Below, piece after piece: positions 48,516-56,836 of a DNA stretch of 64,000 nucleotides. The position numbers and the translations under genes are program-made. Under the pieces are notes generated by a model that did not search any database, was not told the DNA's origin, and saw only the letters and a program-made list of their open reading frames with translations. The DNA comes from an uncultured Candidatus Saccharibacteria bacterium (GTDB lineage: Bacteria; Patescibacteriota; Minisyncoccia; Phycocordibacterales; PALSA-1337). How positions within the stretch are numbered: the first letter of the stretch is position 1; every line of letters begins with the position of its first letter. The stretch covers positions 107,284 to 171,283 of the forward strand of contig CAZBVQ010000002.1 of the NCBI GenBank assembly GCA_964495685.1, in the 5' to 3' direction.

Positions 48516-49676
48516 ATGCCAATTCATCCCAAACTCAGTTTGATCGAACATTTCCAAAACCTCCCCGATCCGCGCATCAACCGCACCAAGGATCACGACT
48601 TGATTGACCTGCTGGTCATCGCCGTCTGCACGCTGCTCTGCGCCGGTGAGTCCTTCAACGACATGGAGGATTTCGGCCACGCCAAGCACGACTGGTTCAA
48701 AACCTTTTTGCACTTGCGCAACGGAATTCCCAGTCACGACACCTTCAATCGCCTCTTCGCGGCATTGGCCCCGGCGGCATTTCTGGAGTGTTTCGTACGC
48801 TGGACGCAGAGCCTGCGGCAGGCGGTGACACAGGAGATCGTGGCGTTGGACGGCAAGGCGCTGCGCCGGGCCCTGTCCGGCGCGCAAAGTCTCAAGATCG
48901 TGGTGAGCGCGTGGGCGCAGAGCAACCGGCTGGTCTTGGGCCAACTCAAAGTGGACGCCAAAAGCAACGAGATCACCGCCGTGCCCGAGTTGTTGCGCGC
49001 GCTGGAACTGGCCGGCTGCATCGTCACCGTGGATGCCATGGGCTGCCAGAAGCAGATCGCCAAGGAAATCATGGAAGCGGATGCCGACTACGTGCTGGCA
49101 CTCAAAGGCAATCACGAAACGGTGCATCAAGAGGTCAAAAGTTTTCTGGACGCAACACGCGCGGAAGTCCAGCCGCCGCGACCGGTCGGGGCCAAACGGT
49201 CCGCGGCGGCGACGACGTTGGCGCAGTGTCAGACGGTGGAGAAAGACCACGGGCGGATCGAAACGCGGCGCTACTATCAGAGCGCAGCCTTGGAGTGGTT
49301 TGCCGATCGGGCCGAGTGGCCGGGGCTGCAAACGGTGGGGATGGTGGAAGCGATCCGGGAAGTGGGCGCTCAACGGACGGTGGAGCGACGGTATTATTTG
49401 TCGAGCCTGCCGCTGGGGGTGGAAACGTTTGCGCGGGCAGTGCGGGGGCATTGGAGCGTGGAAAACAGCCTGCACTGGGTGCTGGACGTGCAAATGCACG
49501 AAGACCAGAGCCGCGCGCGGGCGGGCTACGCGGCGGAAAATCTGGCGACGTTACGGCGGCTGGCGTTAAACCTATTGAAACGCGAGACGACCAAACGGCG
49601 CGGCATCCGGGGCAAGCAACTCAATGCCAGCTGGGACCATGCCTATCTGCTCCGCCTCCTCGACGGCGAAATTTAG
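48516..49676 (+). mobile_element. ISAs1-family (H-repeat-associated, DDE) transposase gene. The IS boundaries are not resolved
   Basis: N-terminal region RINRTKDHDLIDLLVIAVCTLLCAGESFNDMEDFG together with the C-terminal HWSVENSLHWVLDVQMHEDQSRARAGYAAENLATLRRLALNLLK block is diagnostic of ISAs1/IS1358-type transposases. GC is about 62% by eye. Two long overlapping ORFs in other frames are high-GC artefacts. Confidence 0.85.
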
Positions 49677-49810
49677 ATGCGTTTGCCCTGGATCAAGACA
49701 TGGCATGGCGTAAGAGATTGCCTCCTATTGCCAGTGAGGTGAGATTTAGTCAGGCCACAAGAAGGCGCAGCTCGTGCGGAACTGCGCTTCAATGTCAAAT
49801 GACCAGTGGA

Positions 49811-50032
49811 TTATCCCTTCTTTGCGGCTTTGATCTTGGCCCGGCGTGCCTGTTGAGCCGCCCGCATCTTTTTCTTGGTAGCCGCACTCATAGTGCGTTT
49901 CTTAACGGGCGCAGCATCAGGTGAACCGGAGCCAAGAATCGAGGCGAGTTCCTTTTCCAAACGGGCAATCTTCTCTTTGAGATTGGCAGCACGTCTCAAC
50001 TGTGCAGATGTTAACAATAATAGATTACTCAT
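49811..50032 (-). CDS. Small lysine/arginine-rich protein (73 aa) with a short coiled-coil
   Basis: KEKIARLEKELASILG followed by KKRTMSAATKKKMRAAQQARRAKIKAAKKG. It could be a nucleoid-protein-like or HU/H1-like tail. Confidence 0.3.
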   Translation of the reverse strand: MSNLLLLTSAQLRRAANLKEKIARLEKELASILGSGSPDAAPVKKRTMSAATKKKMRAAQQARRAKIKAAKKG

Positions 50033-50704
50033 ATTGACGGGAATGTATGCGGCGATTTCAAAAATGCAACATAGTCAAATTGCGAGAACAGGGCTCGAAA
50101 TTCCATCCCGTTGGCCACTCACTAGTGGCGTGGTCTGTTAAATACAAAGAACAGAACCCCAATGATTGCCGAGAGGACCAGACCGACGATCACCGCTGCC
50201 CAAAAGGCTCGCCTTTGTTTGCGCCGGAGACTGCGTGAGGAGCTACCAGACCCGTCAGACGTTCGCCGCTCTTTCATGGCGGCGAACCTTAGTTGTCCGG
50301 GTAACCATTGCAAAGGGTATTTGAATCACCGGGGCGCCGAGGTGTGCGCCGGTTGATCAATATAAAGGGACACCGTTTCCGATGTCCCTATTACCTCAGA
50401 TGATTTCGATCCGATGAGTTGTCCCGTCAATCGTCAGGTTGATGATGACTGGAGTCCCCACCTTCAAAACCACCATCAGGATTACGACTCTGAGTAGTGT
50501 TGTGTTATCCACAAAAACCACCTCCTTTCCGAGAATACATATCTGGCCTAAATCCCAAAACGACGGGTATTTTGCCCCTGTGTCACAGCCGGGTACTAAT
50601 GTGTCTCACATTCACTGAACACACGACTCACGCCGATACCGCATACGATCCTGAAAACTTTTGTTTGACCTTAAATCCAGCGGGCGATTAAAAATTCAAG
50701 CCGT

Positions 50705-51055
50705 ATGGAAAACGCGCGACCGCTTCCGAACGCAGAAGATTTGCAACGTCTGGTGGAACGCTTTCATCGGGCACGATGGGTTGGCGGCGTCAGTTTTGTT
50801 TCTCCCGAGCCATTCAAAATGGAATTCACCCTTCTTGGGCAACGGCGAATGCGACAGCTATTCGAGGCGCTCAAAGGTGCCACTGCGGAGAATTTTCCAG
50901 ACGGATCGGATCTTTGCGCAACCGACGCAGGCACAGCCATTATCAATCGATTTGCAGATGCCATGTCGGAGTTGTATCCGCCAGCGCTCTCGCCAGGGGA
51001 AAAGGAAACGCTTGTCGGTTTGACTATTGCATTTGGTAAGGAACGGCGCTGGTAG
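50705..51055 (+). CDS. Hypothetical protein (116 aa), first gene of a four-gene operon
   Basis: ORF overlapping the next gene. Confidence 0.35.
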   Translation: MENARPLPNAEDLQRLVERFHRARWVGGVSFVSPEPFKMEFTLLGQRRMRQLFEALKGATAENFPDGSDLCATDAGTAIINRFADAMSELYPPALSPGEKETLVGLTIAFGKERRW

Positions 51056-51554
51056 CTGCACCCAAGGCCCTATGACAATTCAAGAATATGCGGAACCAGA
51101 TTTACACGCTGTGGGTGAACGTATGCCGGCGATCAGCCCATCGTTTCACCTATGGGGTCACACATTTTCGCCGAAACGGGTGACCGAGGAAACCGGCGTG
51201 ATCTTTGCAAAAGCCAATGAGCCAGGCGAAATCAATGTGGCCGGACCTTTCCAGGGACGATCTCTTGATTATGGGCCGGGCTACGGCGCCGGAATTATCC
51301 GGGCACCCCAAACCATCTCCCGTAACGAACGGCTCAACTGGCTGCTTGAGAACGTCCTTGCAGGTTACACTCGCAAATTTCGAAAGGAGTATGGAATTGT
51401 TGAGGAGGTTCTATATTTCACAGCTCATTTTGCATTCAAGCAGCCCTGCTGTCTGATATTGCCGAATTGGCTGATACGATCAATCCCCACTGACGTTCCC
51501 GTCGTCATCACGTGCATTCAAGAAAACGATCCGCCAGACTCGTTCGCTGCCTAG
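51027..51554 (+). CDS. Hypothetical protein. The start is probably the internal Met MTIQEYAEP at 51072
   Basis: Second ORF of the operon. Confidence 0.35.
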   Translation: MHLVRNGAGSCTQGPMTIQEYAEPDLHAVGERMPAISPSFHLWGHTFSPKRVTEETGVIFAKANEPGEINVAGPFQGRSLDYGPGYGAGIIRAPQTISRNERLNWLLENVLAGYTRKFRKEYGIVEEVLYFTAHFAFKQPCCLILPNWLIRSIPTDVPVVITCIQENDPPDSFAA

Positions 51555-51557
51555 CCA

Positions 51558-51926
51558 ATGAATGATTATCGCGATTTCCTTCCATTCCTGAAAAAGGAGC
51601 TTTCTTCTCTTGAGCGGGAGCCGTTAGCCCTGTCGGCCGACGCCATTCTTGACGCGCTGAGCAGCAATGGTTCGGAGGCAGCTGATACCGCAGTCCGACA
51701 GTATGCTGCGACTCTTATCTGGCCCGCCATGTCGGATCGCGTTCGATTCGAGCTTTGCCTTCGCTTGCGAGTGGCCATCTGGTGGATTGAAAGCCTCAGC
51801 GACACATCAAGTGATGGCGAAGAATTGGGCGTCTTCTTGACGGACACGATGATCGACTATTGGCGAGATGTGGGGCGGACTGACTGGATTTGGAACCATT
51901 TTGTAAACCAAGACGTTTCGATCTAG
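51558..51926 (+). CDS. Hypothetical protein (122 aa)
   Basis: Third ORF, 4 nt after the previous stop. Confidence 0.35.
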   Translation: MNDYRDFLPFLKKELSSLEREPLALSADAILDALSSNGSEAADTAVRQYAATLIWPAMSDRVRFELCLRLRVAIWWIESLSDTSSDGEELGVFLTDTMIDYWRDVGRTDWIWNHFVNQDVSI

Positions 51927-51940
51927 CGAGCGAAAGTGAG

Positions 51941-52624
51941 ATGAACAAAAGAGCACAAGGGGTGTTGCCGACAGACGAGCAGATGCTCAAACTGAAAACT
52001 GAACTCAATTTTCTTTTCTGGACGACAGATGTCCCCGAGGTCCCGAGAGATTTTCCAGTCGCAGTCCAATTTCAGACGACACCGGAGCCAGCTAAAATCA
52101 ATATGCAGTGCACGAGCCATGCGATCGTAACCGCGGCAATTTTCATGGCCCTGAGTTTTGGCGTGACGACACGCGCAGGCATGGCCTTCGTATTGGACAC
52201 AAGCGCGGATGGCAATCCAGATAATGATTTCCTCAATCAGATCGGAAAACACTGGTGGATAACATTGGATGACCACGGCCTCGTGGATTTGAGTTTGAGT
52301 GCGGAAACCGAAAATCCACTGGTTTACTGCAATCGAAGTGTTAGCGGGAATTGGCGTGTTGCCTTCGGTAAAAACCAACAAGAGCTAAACGTCTTTCTAA
52401 AAGCACGACAGCGCGGCTGCTTTTATTTAACGGCTAACAAACAGAAAGCTACAGCGAGCGCGCTCACACAATCATTGGCACAGCCGGTTGCGCCCGCAAA
52501 GAAACACGGGATTCACATTCCCTATGCAAACATCGTTCGCCACTGTGAGGAACTACTTTCGGGCGCTGGGCAATCCCTGACCAGCACAGCCCAGGTCGAG
52601 GCGTGGCGTAAGCTCGCTTCCTAG
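51941..52624 (+). CDS. Hypothetical protein (about 228 aa, start MNKRAQGVL)
   Basis: Fourth ORF. The ORF-track start at 51890 would overlap the previous gene. An internal hydrophobic segment (AIVTAAIFMALSFGVTT) is present. Confidence 0.35.
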   Translation: MNKRAQGVLPTDEQMLKLKTELNFLFWTTDVPEVPRDFPVAVQFQTTPEPAKINMQCTSHAIVTAAIFMALSFGVTTRAGMAFVLDTSADGNPDNDFLNQIGKHWWITLDDHGLVDLSLSAETENPLVYCNRSVSGNWRVAFGKNQQELNVFLKARQRGCFYLTANKQKATASALTQSLAQPVAPAKKHGIHIPYANIVRHCEELLSGAGQSLTSTAQVEAWRKLAS

Positions 52625-52714
52625 TACCCCTACATCACGGGCTACATACATGGTCCGTAGGGGCGAGTGCCCGTCACGATTGACTGGCACGGCTTAACCG
52701 CCGCACCACTAGCT

Positions 52715-52844
52715 CCCCAACGTGTCGTCGGCTACCGCCCGACTTAACGCTTTTTCCCTTCGGGCTAACCGGGTGCAGTCCACTAGCCGATGTCCTTTAC
52801 CCAAAAGCGTTAAGTCGGCCATTATCCGCCGACACGTTGGGGGA
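52715..52844. repeat. 130-nt nested inverted repeat with outer 13-bp arms ccccaacgtgtcg/cgacacgttgggg, inner arms of about 15 bp cgacttaacgcttttt/aaaagcgttaagtcg, and a 47-nt core carrying a CCC-TTC-GGG hairpin. It is a candidate oriT or structured RNA
   Basis: Read directly. It lies in a 430-bp GC-rich ORF-poor gap upstream of the T4CP-like ATPase. Additional local stems are at 52636..52674 and 52890..52920. Confidence 0.5.
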
Positions 52845-53057
52845 CTGGTTTTAAGAGAAGGTGCTACCGCACCGACCACCATTTCGCTAACGCGACCGCT
52901 TCGCCTCGAAGGGCGGAGGTGACGACGGTCCCCACGACCGCACGAGTCTGGAAAAAGCGTTGCCGCGACTGCGGCACCTGAAAGGCAGTCGCGCCGACTG
53001 GCGCGTCAATTTGCTGCCCACCTTGGCAAGTTTTGGTGTCTATGCCTCTTTTCCCAA

Positions 53058-54509
53058 TTGGTATATCGTGGGTTTCCCTATTCGGATTTCACAACCAGTC
53101 GCCATTACCTCGCCGGCTTGCCCCAAACCGCAGTTGCCGACGTTTGCAGACAAGAGGGCTTGCGGCAGGGCCACATGAGAAGTCTAAACGACACGGGGAC
53201 TTTTGGTGTGGCAGGGGTGGCGACTGGTTTTGGCACCATGAATGACCACACCATCATAATCGGCGAGCGGCACGGCTGGGGTGATCCTCAGCGCTTTGGC
53301 ATATCTGCGGAGGATCAGCGCCAGCATATTTATATCATTGGAAAGACTGGCTCCGGCAAAACCACCTTGCTGCGCAATCTGATTTTGCAGCACATCGCAC
53401 TTGGGCACGGTGTTGGCCTGATTGATCCTCACGGTGATCTGGCCGAGGAACTGTTAACCCACATTCCACCGCATCGAGCGGATCATCTTGTGTATTTCAA
53501 TCCGGGTGATCTTGAGTTTCCGATTGGCCTCAACCTGCTTGCCGATGTTCTAGCCGATGACCGGCACCTTGTTGCTTCCGGCATCGTGGGTGCATTCAAA
53601 GGCATCTGGCGCGACTCATGGGGACCAAGACTGGAATATATCCTCTACAATACTGTGTCAGCATTGCTTGATTGTCGGAATGAGACGTTGCTGGGCGTCA
53701 ATCGGATGCTCACGGACGACACCTTTCGGGCCAAGGTCGTTCGCCAGATCAAAGACCCCTTCATCCGGGCGTTTTGGGCGGAGGAGTACGGCGGCTACGA
53801 CGAGCGTTTCAAGCGTGAGGCTATTGCGCCGATTCAAAACAAGGTCGGGCAGTTCCTGTTGAATCCAGTCGTGCGGAATATTCTCGGGCAGGTCAAAACT
53901 AAGGTGAAGATTCCCTTCATCATGGACAACCAGCGATTGTTCATCGCGAACCTTTCCAAAGGACGCCTTGGTCACGACAAAGCCAATCTACTCGGTTCCT
54001 TGCTGACGACCCAATTCGAGCTTGGCGCCATGGCGCGGTCGAATCGTCCTGAATCAGAGCGCCGTGACTTTTACCTGTTCATTGATGAGTTCCAGAATTT
54101 CTCAACCGACGCGTTTGCTTCCATCTTGGCGGAAGCTCGCAAGTATCGTTTATGCCTCACGCTCTCACATCAATACATTGACCAGCTACCACTGCCGATC
54201 CGGCAGGCCGTGTTTGGTAACGTGGGAACCCTTATCGCCTTTCGCATTGGGAACACCGATGCCGAGGTGATGGAAAAGGAGTTCGGCAAAACGTTTCCAG
54301 CGAGCGCCATCGCCGATCTTGACCGATATGACGCAATGGTGAAGTTGCTTCAAGACGGATCGAACTGGGAACCGTTCCGGGCGAAGATGCTGCCACCATT
54401 GGAGAATCGCATTGGCCGCAAGGACAAACTCATCGCCCTGTCACGAGAACGATTTGCCACGCCACGCGCCATCGTTGATGACAAACTGAATCGGTGGATA
54501 CAGGTATGA
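53058..54509 (+). CDS. TraD/TrwB-type (type IV coupling protein-like, FtsK/HerA superfamily) P-loop ATPase without an N-terminal TM anchor
   Basis: Walker A IIGKTGSGKTT, Walker B FYLFIDEFQNF and the sensor-like LTLSHQYIDQ. The ORF-track start is a TTG. Alternative ATG starts at 53175 and 53238 are equally plausible. Confidence 0.55.
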   Translation: MVYRGFPYSDFTTSRHYLAGLPQTAVADVCRQEGLRQGHMRSLNDTGTFGVAGVATGFGTMNDHTIIIGERHGWGDPQRFGISAEDQRQHIYIIGKTGSGKTTLLRNLILQHIALGHGVGLIDPHGDLAEELLTHIPPHRADHLVYFNPGDLEFPIGLNLLADVLADDRHLVASGIVGAFKGIWRDSWGPRLEYILYNTVSALLDCRNETLLGVNRMLTDDTFRAKVVRQIKDPFIRAFWAEEYGGYDERFKREAIAPIQNKVGQFLLNPVVRNILGQVKTKVKIPFIMDNQRLFIANLSKGRLGHDKANLLGSLLTTQFELGAMARSNRPESERRDFYLFIDEFQNFSTDAFASILAEARKYRLCLTLSHQYIDQLPLPIRQAVFGNVGTLIAFRIGNTDAEVMEKEFGKTFPASAIADLDRYDAMVKLLQDGSNWEPFRAKMLPPLENRIGRKDKLIALSRERFATPRAIVDDKLNRWIQV

Positions 54510-54688
54510 ACATTCCGTTGTCACTTGAAACAGATCCCTTAAATAGAGCCGGAGGTCCGACGATGCTTGCAACAGTCCCGGAATCTGAAGCTGAAGTGAA
54601 GACCTTGTACGTCTGGCGTTGGAGCATCGTTTTTAACTATCAGTTGACTTTAACGACGCATTTTATAATGTGCCGAAGCGATGTCTGA
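54494..54688 (+). CDS. Small ORF (64 aa, GTG start) bridging the ATPase and jetA with overlaps at both ends
   Basis: It overlaps the ATPase stop by 16 nt and the jetA start by 8 nt. It may be a spurious ORF in the other frame. Confidence 0.25.
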   Translation: MDTGMNIPLSLETDPLNRAGGPTMLATVPESEAEVKTLYVWRWSIVFNYQLTLTTHFIMCRSDV

Positions 54689-56105
54689 AGCATTTTGGCG
54701 CGGGGCGGTAAATCGGAGGGCGAAGAATCTCGCCTTGATGAAGCCCTTTTTCGAACTGGAGGATAACAAGGGTCTCCACTTGCAGTTTGACCTGAAGCCA
54801 TACGACATGCATTTGCTCTGCTCTGTGCTGATGGAGTCCATCATCGCTGAGATGGGGGGACTGATAGCCGGCGCACAATACAATGCCGTTTTACGCGAAC
54901 TCTCGAAAGTGGTTCTCAAAGTCAATCCCTCAGCTTCCGCCAGCGAAATAGACCGGATCGCAAGTCATATTATTGGCCATCTCACAAACGAGCGCGGTCG
55001 CAGCCATTTTGAAGCATCATATCAGACGATTCGTGACGATGGCAGTGTCGAGACACTGACCCATCCATTTCGACTCCTTGAGCAGCGGCTTTCACCTGAT
55101 GACGATTTAGTTTATATCGCCACCTCTGAGGCCATCCACATTTATTTGAGTGGTCTGGGTCAAGACCTGGAGGCAGAACAAGCAGCGAATGACGCCGTCT
55201 TAGACCATTATCTTCGGCGTGGCAAGCACCGCGAAGCCGGAGAAGCGGCCGACATGGCACGTAAACGCAGCATTGAGCTGCGTACCCGTCTGCGCGGCTG
55301 GCTCATTGCAGCAGAACGTAGTTTCGACGAAATCCACTATGCGCAAAGCGTCCTTCAGGAGCTTGCGCGGATGCTCCAGCATGTGGAAGATCGGGGTCAC
55401 GTCGAACAACGTCAAATCGAAGAGATTCAAGCCCGCGCACTTCAGTTGCCCCCAGGTGACGAGGGACGTAACACACTGGTTGGGGCCCGTAAAGCAATTG
55501 AGGTGTCTGCCGATGAGCACGTCCGCTTGCTGGCTGACTTGCAATGTTGCAGCCGCACGCTTCTGGATTGGCAATCGCACCACCGGTTTCGACGCGGTGA
55601 AAGTCCGGCGTTACCGGATCCGATAAACGAATTTCTTGAGCCGGTACTGCGACTTACCAGCGGGGAGTTCCTAAATTTCCTTCCGATGCTTTGGCCATTT
55701 GCGGTACCTCCTGCACTTCCAGTGCTGCCGGATTTGCCAGCATTGCTGGATTCCCTGTTGGCCGATACACGTGAGCGGCCAGAGATATCTGAACTCGATC
55801 CAATTGCGGAATCCTATGAGGAGATGGCGGCTCCAAAGCGATTTACTCCCGAGACATGTAAGGCGGTGGAGGAGTTGCTCGCCGGACTGGGCGGAAAGTT
55901 TTCCCTTTCTCAAGCACTGGGGGCCGTTGCAGAAAGATTTTCTTTGGACAGCCCTGAACTCGCCTATGTTGCTGTTCTTGTGCCGCAATGGTTCGAGCAC
56001 GAGCCAGGTGACGGCAAAGTGGCCCATCCCAAAGGATGCGAATTTGAAGCGGCTGGATTTTTTGGAGACGACCTCGCAGTGACAGCAGAAGGTGCCATAG
56101 TATGA
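54681..56105 (+). CDS. jetA: Wadjet JetA (MksF-like kleisin-type subunit)
   Basis: 474 aa, the first gene of a four-gene operon whose third gene is an SMC-like ATPase and whose fourth is a Toprim-type protein. Size and position match JetA. A 4-nt ATGA overlap with the next gene indicates translational coupling. No catalytic motif is expected in this subunit. Confidence 0.5.
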   Translation: MSEAFWRGAVNRRAKNLALMKPFFELEDNKGLHLQFDLKPYDMHLLCSVLMESIIAEMGGLIAGAQYNAVLRELSKVVLKVNPSASASEIDRIASHIIGHLTNERGRSHFEASYQTIRDDGSVETLTHPFRLLEQRLSPDDDLVYIATSEAIHIYLSGLGQDLEAEQAANDAVLDHYLRRGKHREAGEAADMARKRSIELRTRLRGWLIAAERSFDEIHYAQSVLQELARMLQHVEDRGHVEQRQIEEIQARALQLPPGDEGRNTLVGARKAIEVSADEHVRLLADLQCCSRTLLDWQSHHRFRRGESPALPDPINEFLEPVLRLTSGEFLNFLPMLWPFAVPPALPVLPDLPALLDSLLADTRERPEISELDPIAESYEEMAAPKRFTPETCKAVEELLAGLGGKFSLSQALGAVAERFSLDSPELAYVAVLVPQWFEHEPGDGKVAHPKGCEFEAAGFFGDDLAVTAEGAIV

Positions 56106-56830
56106 CATCGGACCAGGTCAACGCTATTTACGAAGCCTCACGCCTTCTTCGGATCGCGCTTAACCCACGCGAAACGGCCGCTCGCAGCGCTGAATATCAG
56201 CAACTTCTCCAACGATTCCATACGGATCCGGTTTTCCGCGACACCACTCGCCAGATTGCTCGCGGTCTTGAACTCCAGATATTCGAACTCGCCCGTGACC
56301 TTGGTCTGGCGATAGTTAATACCGCGGGTGGCCCCTACGCACCTACATTGAATGATTTCCGCACTTCGATGCGTCCCCGCGACCGCATTATTTACGGTCT
56401 GCTTCTAGCCATGTTGACTGCTTACGTATATCCCAATCGGCGAGCGCTAGGTGAACTTGATGACAGTTCGGTCGTTTCCATCGAGTTGCGCGGCTTAGTG
56501 GAATGGGCATCGAGCACAAGTCGGCAGATGAAGTCTGCTGCCAATATTGAGGATGTAGCCAATGAAGACATGCGTGCTGGGTTTGAAGCCATCGCCATAC
56601 TTGAGCCATTCGGGGATGGGCAAAACACCTTACAGCATCGTTTCCGCTTTACGTTGCAGTGGCTTGCCGATCGCGGACTGTTCCTCTATCGAGAGGAGGG
56701 AGGAAAGGAGCTGTGGGTAGCCCGCCCTCACTTCCGTGTCCAAGCCCGCCACCTCATGCAAAGCACGCATGACCGCTTGATTGAATATTTGGGTGCCCGC
56801 GCGGAAGATCCCCGGAACACCTCAACCTAA
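56102..56830 (+). CDS. jetB: Wadjet JetB (MksE-like subunit)
   Basis: 242 aa, second in the operon. Size and order match JetB/MksE. Confidence 0.5.
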   Translation: MTSDQVNAIYEASRLLRIALNPRETAARSAEYQQLLQRFHTDPVFRDTTRQIARGLELQIFELARDLGLAIVNTAGGPYAPTLNDFRTSMRPRDRIIYGLLLAMLTAYVYPNRRALGELDDSSVVSIELRGLVEWASSTSRQMKSAANIEDVANEDMRAGFEAIAILEPFGDGQNTLQHRFRFTLQWLADRGLFLYREEGGKELWVARPHFRVQARHLMQSTHDRLIEYLGARAEDPRNTST

Positions 56831-56836
56831 TCTGTC

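Noticed and set aside
48480-49720. Terminal inverted repeats or target-site duplication for the ISAs1 element
   Set aside because: Only a weak ATGCCA-containing partial match between the two ends could be found by eye. This is insufficient to define the boundaries.
48788-49924. Long ORFs (378 aa and 178 aa) in alternative plus-strand frames overlapping the ISAs1 transposase gene, with extremely R/G/A-rich translations
   Set aside because: These are typical stop-codon-poor artefacts of high-GC DNA. The transposase frame carries the recognisable family motifs, and the others have no start context or homology-like features.
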